Assembly (NCBI GenBank): GCA_963799485.1 | Contig: CAWCXJ010000007.1 | Location: 504,401 to 568,400 of the forward strand | Length of the DNA stretch: 64,000 nt | Source of the DNA: an uncultured Trueperaceae bacterium | GTDB taxonomy: Bacteria > Deinococcota > Deinococci > Deinococcales > Trueperaceae | Direction of reading: 5' to 3' | Part shown: positions 40,241 through 53,710 of the stretch, piece after piece | Numbering within the stretch: the first letter of the stretch is position 1 | Layout: each line of letters opens with the position of its first letter | The notes under the pieces: model-generated | Database searches by the model: none | Seen by the model: the letters and a program-made list of their open reading frames with translations, nothing else | Told to the model about the DNA's origin: nothing | Position numbers and translations under genes: made by a program

Positions 40241-42039
40241 TCAGGCAGCCTCAGAGGTCTTTTCTGCTGACTTGTTTTGTTCGAGCCGTGCTTGAAACAT
40301 AAAACGCTCGGCTGCATAGGACTGCCGCTGACGTTCTTCGGTAGAGAAGGCTCCGGTGACGGTTGCGGCTTCGTGCAGCGCCGCTTGCCACGAAGGTGAG
40401 AGAACATATCTTGAATCGGAAACTGTGACGAGTTCGTGACTGACCAGACGCTCGAGCGGACTACGCAGCACCCCTGACTCGCGGTCGAGCAGTCTGGCGA
40501 GTTGAGGCCGGGTCAGCGGGCAACCTTCGTTTAACAGGGTGACGAGCAGCGGCGCGGCGGACTTGCCAAGCTTGCCGTGCCGAAACGCCGGATGGGTGTA
40601 CAGATAACCCCATTCTTTCAGCCCCCCCAACAAGGGGAAGGAGTGGGGTAATTCGTGCACCTCTTGGACGATCAGAACCAATACGCCGGATTGCCCTATA
40701 CGACTATGTGATTGATGGTCACGAACAACTAAGCGAGCTTTTTTTAACCGGACAAGTGCGGCGCGGACGGTTTTACCCGCTACGCCTGCCCTGAGCGCGA
40801 GGTCGCGGACAGATACTGAGATGGCAACTCCGGCCTCGTGCGACGTTCCGTGTTCAGCCGCTAGAAGTATGAGCGCGACGAAAACCGAACGGTCACTCGA
40901 GCCTGCAAGCCCCTTCCACTCCCATATCGTAAGGAGCCGCGCCGCTAGCTCGAGTCGTCCCTTGACCTCATTTGAGACGCCTGTCTTACCCGGTGCGGAA
41001 AGACCGGCTTTTTCGTAGTACATTTTCCAGGCAACTGAGTGAGGGTCTCGTTTGTATTTAGCGAGGGTATTCTCGAGCGCCGCTAGTCGTCTCGGCAGTT
41101 CGTCGCTGTCGTAGGTGTTGATAAAGGTGGTGACTTCTTTTTTGACCGATGCGGAGTCTAGCTCGAGGCTGCGTACCCCATAAGCCGTTAGCCCCATAAT
41201 TAGGTGTTGCCGATTGGGTTCAACGAAGTGCGCCTTCACCCGTTCAAACTCGTCACGCAAGTGAGCAAGATTGTCCTTCGAGCTGAGCGTGATTACCGCG
41301 CTGATCGGCTTGTCTTCAGCTCGCGTGCTACTGCCAGTGTGCGCGGCTCGCGACGCCATCTCTAGCCTGAACGTTTCTAGCGCCGTTGTAGGGATTCGTT
41401 TAACCTCTTGAAGGGCGTGCTCGAGTTTTATGGGCTGCATGTCTCGCGCCAGGTCAAGAAGTGGGTTAAAGCCGTAACCGTCTTTTTGCGCACCTCGGTA
41501 CGGCAAAAAGATCGGCGAACCACGCCCGCTTTTACACGAGGGTCTAATCTCAGGGATGCCTAACCCCGCATCTTGAGAGATCGTCCGAATGCCTTTGAGC
41601 ACTTCGTAGACCTGCCATTGCGGGACAAAGCTCTCGACGAAACCGTAGAGGTGGCTGCCTCGCCCGGTCGTCCCGCAAGTCGGGTAGGTCGTCAGCCCGT
41701 AGCCCTCGAGCGTATCGGTAAGCGGCTCGAGGTCAAGGGGTCGAACGGCGTCGAAGTCGGCAACAAAAAACGGTGCGTACCACCACCTTGTACCTTTTTT
41801 TCCGGGACGCTGAGCCCTGGGTACATACCGAGTGCCCCGACACCCCCATAAGCATCAAGCGAAAGGTGAATGGCGTAGTCGTCGTGAAACGCCGCGCCCT
41901 TAATCATCGGCGCGGTTTTCTTTCCGTTCTCGAGTTTGATCAAGCGGCTAAAGGCTAGTGGATGGGACGGGAAAAGAGACTCGAGCGCCAACACTGCAGT
42001 CAGCCCCCATTCTTTCATGACGTAGTTGACCTCAGCCAC
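40241..42039 (-). pseudogene. AEP-like primase / replication protein with C-terminal wHTH regions, one frameshift near 41765-41770
   Basis: Shifting frame at a T6 run joins ORF 41692-42039 to ADFD...GRGSHLY...IFLPY and on into ORF 40241-41602. Confidence 0.6.
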
Positions 42040-42373
42040 GGGTTCGGGCCTCGAGCCAGCGCTCTAACGCCGCGACCGGGATGCGGATGCTGCGCCCTAT
42101 GACAACGGTCGGCAAGGGATTGTATTCGGCTTTCGTAAGGCCGTAGACGCAGTTGATGCCGAGCTGAAGCCGCTGAGCGGTCTGTTTGACGGTCAGCAGA
42201 TAGGGACTGACGTCACGCGGCTTTTCGTTTTCGGCGCTGTAGCGGCTGAGAGGATTGGACGGCCCAAAGTCATCACCCTCAAGAGCGTTGGTGCGTGACG
42301 GGTTGTCAATGAACTCGTTCCGTGTGTTAGTGTGATAGCGCGTCAGTTTCTTGACGGTTGTATCGGTAGACAT
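42032..42373 (-). CDS. Excisionase-type helix-turn-helix protein
   Basis: LLTVKQTAQRLQLGINCVYGL...LPTVVIGRSIRIPVAALERWL. Confidence 0.85.
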   Translation of the reverse strand: MSTDTTVKKLTRYHTNTRNEFIDNPSRTNALEGDDFGPSNPLSRYSAENEKPRDVSPYLLTVKQTAQRLQLGINCVYGLTKAEYNPLPTVVIGRSIRIPVAALERWLEARTRG

Positions 42374-42526
42374 AGCAGGCTAAGCCCCTTCACTTGCAAG
42401 GCGCTCCGCTCCGGACTATCCTAGAGACGGAGGTATAGGTTCCCAAACGAAAATCCTCCTCGCGCTTCGGGGCGACTGGAACTCGCCTCGAGCGCACCTT
42501 TAGAGGTCAATTACATGGGAGCATCT

Positions 42527-43018
42527 CTACATGGGAACATCCTCCTTTTTTCTGCCAACCGACGGGTCGGCTCTATTAGTTACTTCATTTATCAGTTTAT
42601 TTGCGCGGTAAAGAACCCATAACGTATTGGAATGATGATCAAGCGTTAGAAATGATGCATCAAGGCGCGCCGACATGGTTATACCTATGAGGTCAACATA
42701 CGGTACCGTTTGATGCTGCGACTCCTTTTCATAAACTGCGAAGCCAGAGACAATATCCTCTTCATTAGGTACAGCAAGAAACGATGTAGCTTCAAGTTTT
42801 GCCATAAACTCAGCCAGTCGTTTGCGATTTTCGGCTTTGCCTGCTTTTAAGAATTCATAATCAAAGATAGTAAAAACTAAAGCGTTATATATTGGATTTA
42901 ATCCTTCGGTCTCAGCCTCTTCAAGTAACTTAAGAATCTCAGCGTGATGTTTACTGCTTTCAAATAGTAAAGCTCGCGTGGCGTCGGACGCCAAAAGAAC
43001 ACGACCTGATCTATTCAT
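42527..43018 (-). CDS. PIN-domain-like protein (putative VapC-type toxin)
   Basis: VPYVDLIGITMS...FLTLD C-terminal PIN pattern; low GC. Confidence 0.55.
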   Translation of the reverse strand: MNRSGRVLLASDATRALLFESSKHHAEILKLLEEAETEGLNPIYNALVFTIFDYEFLKAGKAENRKRLAEFMAKLEATSFLAVPNEEDIVSGFAVYEKESQHQTVPYVDLIGITMSARLDASFLTLDHHSNTLWVLYRANKLINEVTNRADPSVGRKKEDVPM

Positions 43019-43030
43019 GTTCTGCCCTTG

Positions 43031-43312
43031 TTACCCTTTTCCTAATGCATTAATATGCGAACGCCAACTATCTAAAGGAGGATCGGGTTGGTATTCAAGC
43101 AAGTCGTGTAATTCGACAGACTGATGAGTAAGAGCATTTAGGGCGGGAATCAAAACGTTTAACGTTTCAAAGTTTATACCTGTAAGCGGTTTATCCCCGA
43201 CAAGGTTATATATGGCTGTTTTTGAAAGCTGCCCCTTAAGGTGTTCAGCAAGGGCATTAGGTGTAATCTGCTGTTCCGTCAAAAATGTTTTTAACTTCCA
43301 TATTACAGCCAT
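43031..43312 (-). CDS. Cro/C1-type HTH regulator (putative antitoxin)
   Basis: WKLKTFL...LSKTAIYNL...GINFETL...DLLEY; TAGACT-N6-ATG. Confidence 0.75.
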   Translation of the reverse strand: MAVIWKLKTFLTEQQITPNALAEHLKGQLSKTAIYNLVGDKPLTGINFETLNVLIPALNALTHQSVELHDLLEYQPDPPLDSWRSHINALGKG

Positions 43313-43393
43313 GTATTGAGTCTAAAACGCAGCAGCACAGATGTCAACTATGCTTGTAAAAGCTCACAAGTCTGTAGTACATGCTCGGAAAGA

Positions 43394-46570
<3,177 letters not shown>

Positions 46571-46655
46571 CGCTCGCCTCTAAAGTTCATGTCAGCCCCA
46601 AGCAAAGCACACCGCCCCGCACGAGATTCTTACACCGCCACATGTTCAGCGTAAT

Positions 46656-46859
46656 CTAGGCGTGCCCTAGTTCAGCTTTGAGTTCATCTAGCGATAATGT
46701 AGGGCTGTCCCCTTCAGCTTCTTTCGCGGCACGCAGCGTCAGCAAGTCCTGCGCGTCCTCGAGCACCTCTTGCAGCGCCGTAAACTCTTCGTAGGTCAGC
46801 ACCACGAACTCTTTTTTGCCGTTCTTTTCCAAAAACTCAGGGTGAAGTTTCAAAGCCAT
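46656..46859 (-). CDS. Type II antitoxin (Phd/RelB-like)
   Basis: GKKEFVVLTYEEF...LEDAQDL...LSLDELKAELG; AAGGAG RBS. Confidence 0.75.
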   Translation of the reverse strand: MALKLHPEFLEKNGKKEFVVLTYEEFTALQEVLEDAQDLLTLRAAKEAEGDSPTLSLDELKAELGHA

Positions 46860-46867
46860 CAGCTCCT

Positions 46868-47116
46868 TTAGCGGTAGGCGTCTTTACGGTGAAGAACCCG
46901 GTAGACAAGTATCTTATTATCCTCTACCGCAAACAGCACGCGGTAGTTGCCGACTCTAAGCCGGTACTCAGGCGAGAAGTTGGTAAGCCTCTTCACGTCG
47001 CCGGTAAGGTCGTCTTGCAGCTTCTCCAGCTGCGCCACCACCCGCCTATTCTCGCGCTCAGGAAGGGCTTTTAGGTCTTTAACCGCTCGAGGCTTAAAAG
47101 CGAGTGTATAGGTCAC
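46868..47116 (-). CDS. RelE/ParE family toxin
   Basis: AVKDLKAL...DVKRL...YRLRVGNYRVLF...VLHRKDAYR. Confidence 0.9.
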   Translation of the reverse strand: MTYTLAFKPRAVKDLKALPERENRRVVAQLEKLQDDLTGDVKRLTNFSPEYRLRVGNYRVLFAVEDNKILVYRVLHRKDAYR

Positions 47117-48318
47117 GCGACCTGCGCGGTTTCGGGCTGCGCCTCCCCAAGCCCGGACACGTCCAGTTCACCGGAGATGAGTTTAGGCAAGAGCAAATCT
47201 CGAGTCTGACGAAGGTTTTGGTTTTTTAGCCTTGACACACGCAGATGTTCAAAAATTGGCACGATGATTTGTTGAAAACGTTGCAGTATTTCGGGTGAAG
47301 GAACGGTTATGGGGTTTAGGTACGCTTGGTTACGACTTAAACCCGGCACAGCAGCGTCACTGTTGAGAAAAGCTTGCTGTTGTAAGTTGAAATAAAGAAA
47401 ATGTAACGGAATATCGGAAACCACATAAAATACGGTATCTATAGGCCAAAAGTCCACATCAGACCAAAAGACGCTGCCGACATTGCCTTTTCTACCTACA
47501 ATAATTCCTGGCGCGTTGACCATTGCAACATTGTGCTGACCGACAACTCCGCCCGAGCCGTAAACCGGAAAAGCTCCAAAAATACGACTGTCTGCTTTTA
47601 ACGCTTTACCATAAGCAAGCTCTAAAACATCACCGAGTTTTTCAACAGTCCAGCCTTCGGGTATCTCTCCAAACTCCGAATCCAACATCTTTACGCCCTC
47701 ATGCCCCGGAAAACGAAAGTTGACAAACCACTCCCGGTAGATAAGCCCCGCCATCTCCTCTAAAACCTTGATGCGCCGTGCATTGTTCTCTATCAGGTCG
47801 TCGTAGACGGAAAGGATAGCGGCGATTTGCTGTTGAGTCTCGAGGGGTGGAAGCTTAAGCGGAAACTTCGGAAAATTAGTAAGCGGGATTCGGTCAACTG
47901 TTGAACCGGAAAGGATGTTTTGAGCGATGACATTACGCCAAGCAGAACCGAAAAAGTAGTAAAACAAAAACTGAGTATCTACTTTCGCGGGGTCAGTCCG
48001 TAAAAGCGCAAGCCGTCTACCAAGGCAGCCTCTAAAACCTGCGGGAATGATGGCGTAACGGTTAAGCGTAGCTTCATAAGTAAAAACGATGTCGCCTTCT
48101 CGAGGCGTAACTCTGCGCGTCCATTTAGGAAATGCATCTTCGGATATGTGCCGAACGTCGGTAAGGTCTAACCTTCCATCTTCAGTGATGTTTTTGATTC
48201 CTAGAAAAATAGGGCCTTCATCGCTCGGTTCTGGCGTCGCGTGCGGGCCGTCATAAAGGTTGTAAATGATTTCGCCTATAGTCGTTTCTTTCCAAGTGGC
48301 TTCTGTTTCGTTCATCAC
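47113..48318 (-). CDS. hsdS: Type I R-M specificity subunit S
   Basis: Two TRDs; PPLETQQQIAAIL, GEIPEGW, RDLLLPKLISGEL. Confidence 0.93.
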   Translation of the reverse strand: MMNETEATWKETTIGEIIYNLYDGPHATPEPSDEGPIFLGIKNITEDGRLDLTDVRHISEDAFPKWTRRVTPREGDIVFTYEATLNRYAIIPAGFRGCLGRRLALLRTDPAKVDTQFLFYYFFGSAWRNVIAQNILSGSTVDRIPLTNFPKFPLKLPPLETQQQIAAILSVYDDLIENNARRIKVLEEMAGLIYREWFVNFRFPGHEGVKMLDSEFGEIPEGWTVEKLGDVLELAYGKALKADSRIFGAFPVYGSGGVVGQHNVAMVNAPGIIVGRKGNVGSVFWSDVDFWPIDTVFYVVSDIPLHFLYFNLQQQAFLNSDAAVPGLSRNQAYLNPITVPSPEILQRFQQIIVPIFEHLRVSRLKNQNLRQTRDLLLPKLISGELDVSGLGEAQPETAQVA

Positions 48319-49886
48319 TAAGCGAAAACCTTTTCAACCTCGAGTAAATCTGATACATTCTCGCTGATTTGCTGCTCGAGTCCCCGCGCCTCTGCGTTGA
48401 GCAGCTCCAGCTCCTCGTTCAGCGCTTGCAACCGCTCCAAAAAGTCCACCTCGTCGGCAGCCCGTGCCGCGACCCCCACATATCGGCCTGGATTCAGGCT
48501 CGAGCCCTGCGCTTCGATCTCGGCGCGTGAGGCGACCCGGCACACGCCCGGTACGTCTTGGTACACGCCGTCAGGAAAATGCTCGTTCAGGAGCACGTCG
48601 CCGTAGCGGGTCTCGGGCGCTTCGCCCCGGTAGAGCCGGACGATGTTTGCCAAAAACTCGCCCTGCTCCGCCGTAAACTCACGGACGGCCCGCGTCACCT
48701 GGCGGTAAAAGGTGCGGGCGTCAATGAACAGCACGGTGTCTCGCCTCGCTTCGGGTTTGCCCTTGTCAAAAAACCAGAGCGTACACGGTAGCGTCACGGT
48801 GTAAAAGAAGTTCGACCCGACCGACACCATCACGTCTACTGCGCCGGACTCGAGCAGCTGCTGGCGGATGTCCTGCTCGGAGGCCCGCGCGTCGCTGGCG
48901 CTGTTCGCCATCACGAACCCGGCGCGGCCCGTGGCGTTCAGGGCGCTGTAAAAATGCTGAATCCACAAGTAGTTGGCGTTGTCCGTGCGGGGCAGGCCGA
49001 AGGGGAAGCGGGCGTCGGTCTTGAGGCGGTCTTTATCGACCTTGTTGACGTTAAAGGGCGGGTTGGCAAGAACGAAATCGAAGCGGCCCACGCTCCGGTG
49101 CAGGTCGTCGTAGTAGGTGTTGCCCTCGCGCACGTCCCCGGCGAGGCCGTGAACAGCGAGGTTCATCTTGGCGAGGCGGACGGTCTCGCCGGTTTTCTCC
49201 TGACCGTGAATGAGCAGGTTGCGTTCGGCGCTCCCGTTTTGGTGTTCGGCGACGAACCGCGCCGACTGCACGAACATGCCGCCCGAGCCGCACGCGGGGT
49301 CGTAGACGCGGCCCCGGAACGGTTCCAAGATGTCTACGATGAGCTTGACGATGCTCGTCGGGGTGTAAAACTCACCGCCTTTTTGCCCTTCGGTCATGGC
49401 GAACTTGCCCAAGAAGTACTCGTAAATCCTGCCGAAAGCGTCGCCCTCGACGTCTACCGGAACGGCGGCGAAGGTCTTTAAGATGTCTACGAGCGTGCGG
49501 GTGTCTAAGCGGGTGTAGCTTTTGGGCAGCACGCCTTTGAGGTCGGGGTTTTCGGCTTCGATGGCCTTCATCGCGTCGGTGACGGCTTGGCCTAAGTTTT
49601 CACCTTCGGGCAGCTCGAGCAAACTGGCAAAGCGCGCCGTTTCGGGCAGGTACAGCACACCCTCGGCTTGGTAGTCGTCTTTACCGACACTGCGGCGGCG
49701 TCCACCCCGTTCTTTGAGGCGTTCGGCGGCAGCCTCGAACTTGGCGTCGGCGTAGCGGAAGAAAATCAGGCCCAGCACGGGCACCGAATATTCGCTTGAC
49801 TTGAGGCGCGAGTTGGCGCGTAAGGAGTCGGCGGCGTCCCACAAGCGGCGCTCGAGGTCGGCCAAGGTCGTATTCGTCGTTGTCAT
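48318..49886 (-). CDS. hsdM: Type I R-M methyltransferase subunit M
   Basis: [21 protein letters not shown]. Confidence 0.95.
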   Translation of the reverse strand: MTTTNTTLADLERRLWDAADSLRANSRLKSSEYSVPVLGLIFFRYADAKFEAAAERLKERGGRRRSVGKDDYQAEGVLYLPETARFASLLELPEGENLGQAVTDAMKAIEAENPDLKGVLPKSYTRLDTRTLVDILKTFAAVPVDVEGDAFGRIYEYFLGKFAMTEGQKGGEFYTPTSIVKLIVDILEPFRGRVYDPACGSGGMFVQSARFVAEHQNGSAERNLLIHGQEKTGETVRLAKMNLAVHGLAGDVREGNTYYDDLHRSVGRFDFVLANPPFNVNKVDKDRLKTDARFPFGLPRTDNANYLWIQHFYSALNATGRAGFVMANSASDARASEQDIRQQLLESGAVDVMVSVGSNFFYTVTLPCTLWFFDKGKPEARRDTVLFIDARTFYRQVTRAVREFTAEQGEFLANIVRLYRGEAPETRYGDVLLNEHFPDGVYQDVPGVCRVASRAEIEAQGSSLNPGRYVGVAARAADEVDFLERLQALNEELELLNAEARGLEQQISENVSDLLEVEKVFA

Positions 49887-50183
49887 TGCTACCGAGTGTA
49901 ACAAACGCGTTCAGTTTGGCGGGCTAAGGTGGGGGCTCGAGTGACATCTGTTCGCTGTTTCGTCAGAACAAAAGCGGCGAACACAGCACGTGGGGTGTGC
50001 CGTAAAAGGCTCAGCAAATAACGGGATAGCTATGAATTGTACCGGCGTTTGGAAAGTCGCCGGATAAACTTTCGGTATTGCGTCCTGCACGTGTTTTATG
50101 AAATGTACAACGACAGACGAAAAAGCTCGAGGCGCAGGGGGTGTGCTGCGTTTTATCCCTAGCGGACACCCTACAGTTTTGTT

Positions 50184-50931
50184 ATGACAACCCTACCCGA
50201 CTATGCCCACGCCGCTGCCCACCGCGGCGTCCGTATCTACGCCTGGTATGTCTTACTCGTTTACGGCGATTACCAAAAGTGGACAGATGAAACGAGACGC
50301 GCCCGTTGGGACGGGGCGGCATCACTTCTGAATTGGTGGCATGAGCAAGACACAATTACACGCCCACCGCTCGATAACCTAAATGCTGACGATGTACGTG
50401 ACTACATGGGGTGGCTCGAGAGCGCAAGGCTTGGCCCCCTCAACAACGCGGGGCTACCGCTATGGGGCTCGGGCGTTGACGAAAGCATTACGGGGGGCGC
50501 GTTCTTTACCCCTTCGGTTTGACCCTAGCTATGACCCGTTTGCGTCGGTTCAGTTTGCAACGGTCAGAAAAGCCTGCACTGACCTTTGACAAAGAAAAGC
50601 TCGAGCAGTTCACATCACCGCTAAAGCGAGGCTCGAGCTGCTACTCGCTCTGCTCGACTTGGGGATGAGCTTGCCTGAAGTCTGTGCGTGCAGATGGTTT
50701 GAAGTGAACCTGACAAACCGCACAGTGCTTGGGTATAGACGGCGGCTGATTCGGCTAGGGGTACCTGCGGTCGAAGCGGTGCCGCAGCTCTTGAAAGTGC
50801 AACCGAAGATAGACATCAAGAGTCCGAAACGGATGCTCGGCTGGAACGCGGACACGGCGCGGCGCTGGTTTGACAAGGTAGCAGTTACTAAGAACTGCAA
50901 AAAGGCAAGTTGGCAAGCCTTTGATGACTGA
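50184..50931 (+). pseudogene. Degenerate tyrosine-recombinase-like gene (SAM-like N-domain plus truncated catalytic domain)
   Basis: DVRDYMGWLE / GLAPSTTRGY / LLALLDLGMSLPEVCACRW across three frames; no HxxR or catalytic Tyr. Confidence 0.6.
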
Positions 50932-50967
50932 CTCTAGACTTTTGTTGCGGCTTGTGTAATTTTGATC

Positions 50968-51126
50968 TTAGCGTTTAGCGATAATCCACACTGCATGAAT
51001 GATACCTGGAATATAGCCCAGTAAAGTCAATAGGATATTTAGGAAAAACTGTCCACTGAACCCCACTTGTAAAAATACTCCAAGCGGCGGTAACAAGATG
51101 GCGATAATAATTCTGAAGATGTCCAT
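50968..51126 (-). CDS. YqaE/Pmp3 family small membrane protein (52 aa, absent from ORF track)
   Basis: MDIFRIIIAILLPPLGVFLQVGFSGQFFLNILLTLLGYIPGIIHAVWIIAKR. Confidence 0.93.
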   Translation of the reverse strand: MDIFRIIIAILLPPLGVFLQVGFSGQFFLNILLTLLGYIPGIIHAVWIIAKR

Positions 51127-51405
51127 AGCGCACAATAAACGCAGAAAACTTTCAAGACAGTAGGTGCGCGCAGGGTCACAAGCAGCTTAGCGTCTGACAA
51201 TCAGCTTTAGCAGCCGGTCTCATGCGTGAGATGGCCCAGTAAGACTGCACAAAAATTTCAAGTTGAGATCTCATATCAACCCCAAAAGCACACAAAATTC
51301 ATGGGACATCTTCCAATCGCGATACATATGTGGTTGTCGCTTATACAGTGAGGAAGTAGTCAAGCGACAAACGGTGATCGGAATTTCAGTGGACGCAGCT
51401 AAAGC

Positions 51406-51461
51406 TTGACAATGTTTGAGCACTGGTATAATCTAGCTATGTAAGTAAATTTTTACTTACA
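51406..51461 (+). promoter_or_regulatory. tetR promoter and palindromic operator
   Basis: TTGACA (51406), TGGTATAAT extended -10 (51424-51432); TGTAAGTAAA-TT-TTTACTTACA (51440-51461). Confidence 0.75.
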
Positions 51462-51476
51462 ACCCTGAAAGGTACT

Positions 51477-52037
51477 ATGGACACACGCCAAAAAATCCTA
51501 AACGCCGCCGCCGACCTCATCCTCGAGGAAGGCTTAGACGCCACCCGTATTAGTAAGATTGCCAAACGCGCGGGTCTCACCGACGGGGCGCTCTACCGCC
51601 ACTTCGATAACAAAGACGACCTCTTAGCGGAAGTGTATCTTGACATTGCCAGGGAGATAGAAGATTACGCCAAACGCTTCAGCCAGCAGGAAGGCACCGC
51701 TGAGGAGCGCTTCACCGGGTTTCTTGAGGATTTGTTCGGTTCTTTTTTAAGGCAGCCCGAGCGCCTCGTTTTATTTGAGTCTTTGAACCGCGCCGCCTCG
51801 GTCAATAAGGAGAACAAAGCGAGTACGCTCGAGCAGACGTTGAGCCTGCTCACGAATCTTCTCAACGAAGCGAAAGCAGACAGGCTCATCCGTCAAGACA
51901 TCCGCAACGACATCATCATCGCCGCCGTTTATGGCGCGCTCAGTCAACTGATCCGCGTATCGTTCCAAAAAACCCAAAGTGTTGACAGGGCTGATCTAAA
52001 GGAGGTGTTGGATATTTTTTGGCAGGGCATGGCATAA
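51477..52037 (+). CDS. TetR/AcrR family regulator
   Basis: ILNAAADLI...IAKRAGLTDGALYRHFDNKDDL. Confidence 0.95.
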   Translation: MDTRQKILNAAADLILEEGLDATRISKIAKRAGLTDGALYRHFDNKDDLLAEVYLDIAREIEDYAKRFSQQEGTAEERFTGFLEDLFGSFLRQPERLVLFESLNRAASVNKENKASTLEQTLSLLTNLLNEAKADRLIRQDIRNDIIIAAVYGALSQLIRVSFQKTQSVDRADLKEVLDIFWQGMA

Positions 52038-52050
52038 TTTTTTAGACCGC

Positions 52051-52072
52051 TGTGAGTAAACATTTACTAACC
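52051..52072 (+). promoter_or_regulatory. Second TetR operator-like site upstream of the SDR gene
   Basis: TGTGAGTAAA-CA-TTTACTAACC resembles 51440-51461. Confidence 0.65.
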
Positions 52073-52097
52073 TTTTAGTTAGGGAGGGAATTAAATA

Positions 52098-53051
52098 ATG
52101 ACGACGCAAACAAAATTCGGATCCAAGGGTTGGACGCCTGAGCGCCTCGGCAACCTCAAGGGCAAGACCTACCTCATCACCGGCGCGAACGCCGGCGCGG
52201 GCTTCCAGGCGGCGCGGACGCTTCTCAGGAAGAACGCCAAGGTGGTGATGCTCAACCGCTCGGCCGACAAGTCGCAGGCGGCGGTCGCGGAGCTGAAGCA
52301 GGAATTCGGCGCGGGTGCCACGGTGAGCTTCATCCGCATGGATCTCGCGTCGCTGGCCAGCGTGCGCGAAGCCGCAGCCGAAGTTCTGAAGACTGTCCCC
52401 CGGATCGATGCCGTGATCTGCAACGCCGCTATCGCGCAGGTGCCCACGCAGAAGCTCACCGTGGACGGCTTTGAAAGCATGCTGGGCACGAACCATTACG
52501 GGCACTTTCTGCTCTGCGGTCTGCTGTTCGAGCGGATTGAGGAGTCGAAAGGCCGGATCGTAGTCGTCAGCAGCCTTGGCTATAATATGGGGATCAAGAC
52601 CATCCAGTTCGACGATATGAACTGGGACAAGAACTACCACCAGAATAGGACTTACTCCCAGAGCAAGCTGGCACAGATGATGTTCGCCTATGAGCTGCAG
52701 GACCGGCTGGCCGCGGCGGGCAAGACCGACGTCGAGGTCTATGTCTGCCACCCGGGTTCGTCGAGGACATCACTCATCACGACTAGCGGCAACCTGGCGA
52801 CGCGGATCATGTTCGGGCTGATGTCGCTCTCGCCGATGGTGCAATCGGCAGAACGGGGTTCCTGGCCCGAGGTGATGTGCGCGACCGAGGACGGACTCGA
52901 GCAGCGGGCGCTCTACGGCCCTACCGGCCGCGCCCAATTCGTCGGCCCGGTCGGGAAAGGGACGTTGGAGCCCCACGCCTATGACAAGCGCGTCATAGAG
53001 CGGCTTTGGGACGTCTCCGAGAAGGCAGTCGGATTCGAGTGGAAGCTCTGA
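52098..53051 (+). CDS. SDR family oxidoreductase (retinol-DH/WWOX-like)
   Basis: TGANAGAG, CNAA, YSQSK, CHPG. Confidence 0.93.
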   Translation: MTTQTKFGSKGWTPERLGNLKGKTYLITGANAGAGFQAARTLLRKNAKVVMLNRSADKSQAAVAELKQEFGAGATVSFIRMDLASLASVREAAAEVLKTVPRIDAVICNAAIAQVPTQKLTVDGFESMLGTNHYGHFLLCGLLFERIEESKGRIVVVSSLGYNMGIKTIQFDDMNWDKNYHQNRTYSQSKLAQMMFAYELQDRLAAAGKTDVEVYVCHPGSSRTSLITTSGNLATRIMFGLMSLSPMVQSAERGSWPEVMCATEDGLEQRALYGPTGRAQFVGPVGKGTLEPHAYDKRVIERLWDVSEKAVGFEWKL

Positions 53052-53520
53052 GTCAGAAAAGAACTGAAAATCTCGGCAAGATATGTCGGTGATGCCGCCG
53101 AAGTAGGCAAACTCCTGGACGCAATTTAGAACGGATTTCACTTGGCAGAAGATGTCGCTAAGTTGGGCTATGCCCGCGCTGCACCTTAGCGCGGGTGATG
53201 AGGTCAAAGGAGTGAGGATGAAGATGTTTTACCTCGAATCACGCTTTTGCGTGAATAGCGCACAACAATTGCACAAAGCTCAACAAATCAAACTCAAAGA
53301 AATAACCTTTCCCGACGGCGCTGGTAGTACAAATCACGATTTGGACAGGTTATTTAGCTGCTGCTCGTAATATCCCGACAGCGTTTTGACTCGTAATAAA
53401 TCTTACTGAGGTAGATCTCAGCGTTTCCGAAAACATCGTGACGGCACAATCGGTTTCGTTAGGTCGCCGAAACACCCCAAATCGGGATTGGCTGTTGTTA
53501 CACTTCAATTTGGCGAAAGC

Positions 53521-53675
53521 CATCCTTCAGGGCGGGGCGAAATTCCCCACCGGCGGTGATTACGTACAGGTTGACAAACCAGGCGTACAAGCCCGCGAAG
53601 CCAGAGCAATCGTTCGCTCAGGCCCGACTCGGTGAAACTCCGGGGCCGACGGTTACAGTCCGGATGAGAGAAGGA
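53521..53675 (+). ncRNA. FMN riboswitch (RFN element)
   Basis: TCCTTCAGGGCGGGGCGAAATTCCCCACCGGCGGT...AGCCCGCGA...CGGTGAAACTCCGGGGCCGACGGTTACAGTCCGGATGAGAGAAGGA upstream of the rib operon. Confidence 0.95.
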
Positions 53676-53710
53676 GGAAGCCGACCCTTACCTGGGCGTC
53701 GGTTAAAAGT

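Noticed and set aside
37986..43312. Intact prophage
   Set aside because: No terminase, capsid, tail or lysis genes are present.
53052..53520. ORFs between the SDR gene and the FMN riboswitch
   Set aside because: Stop-interrupted with no motifs; probably remnant or promoter DNA.
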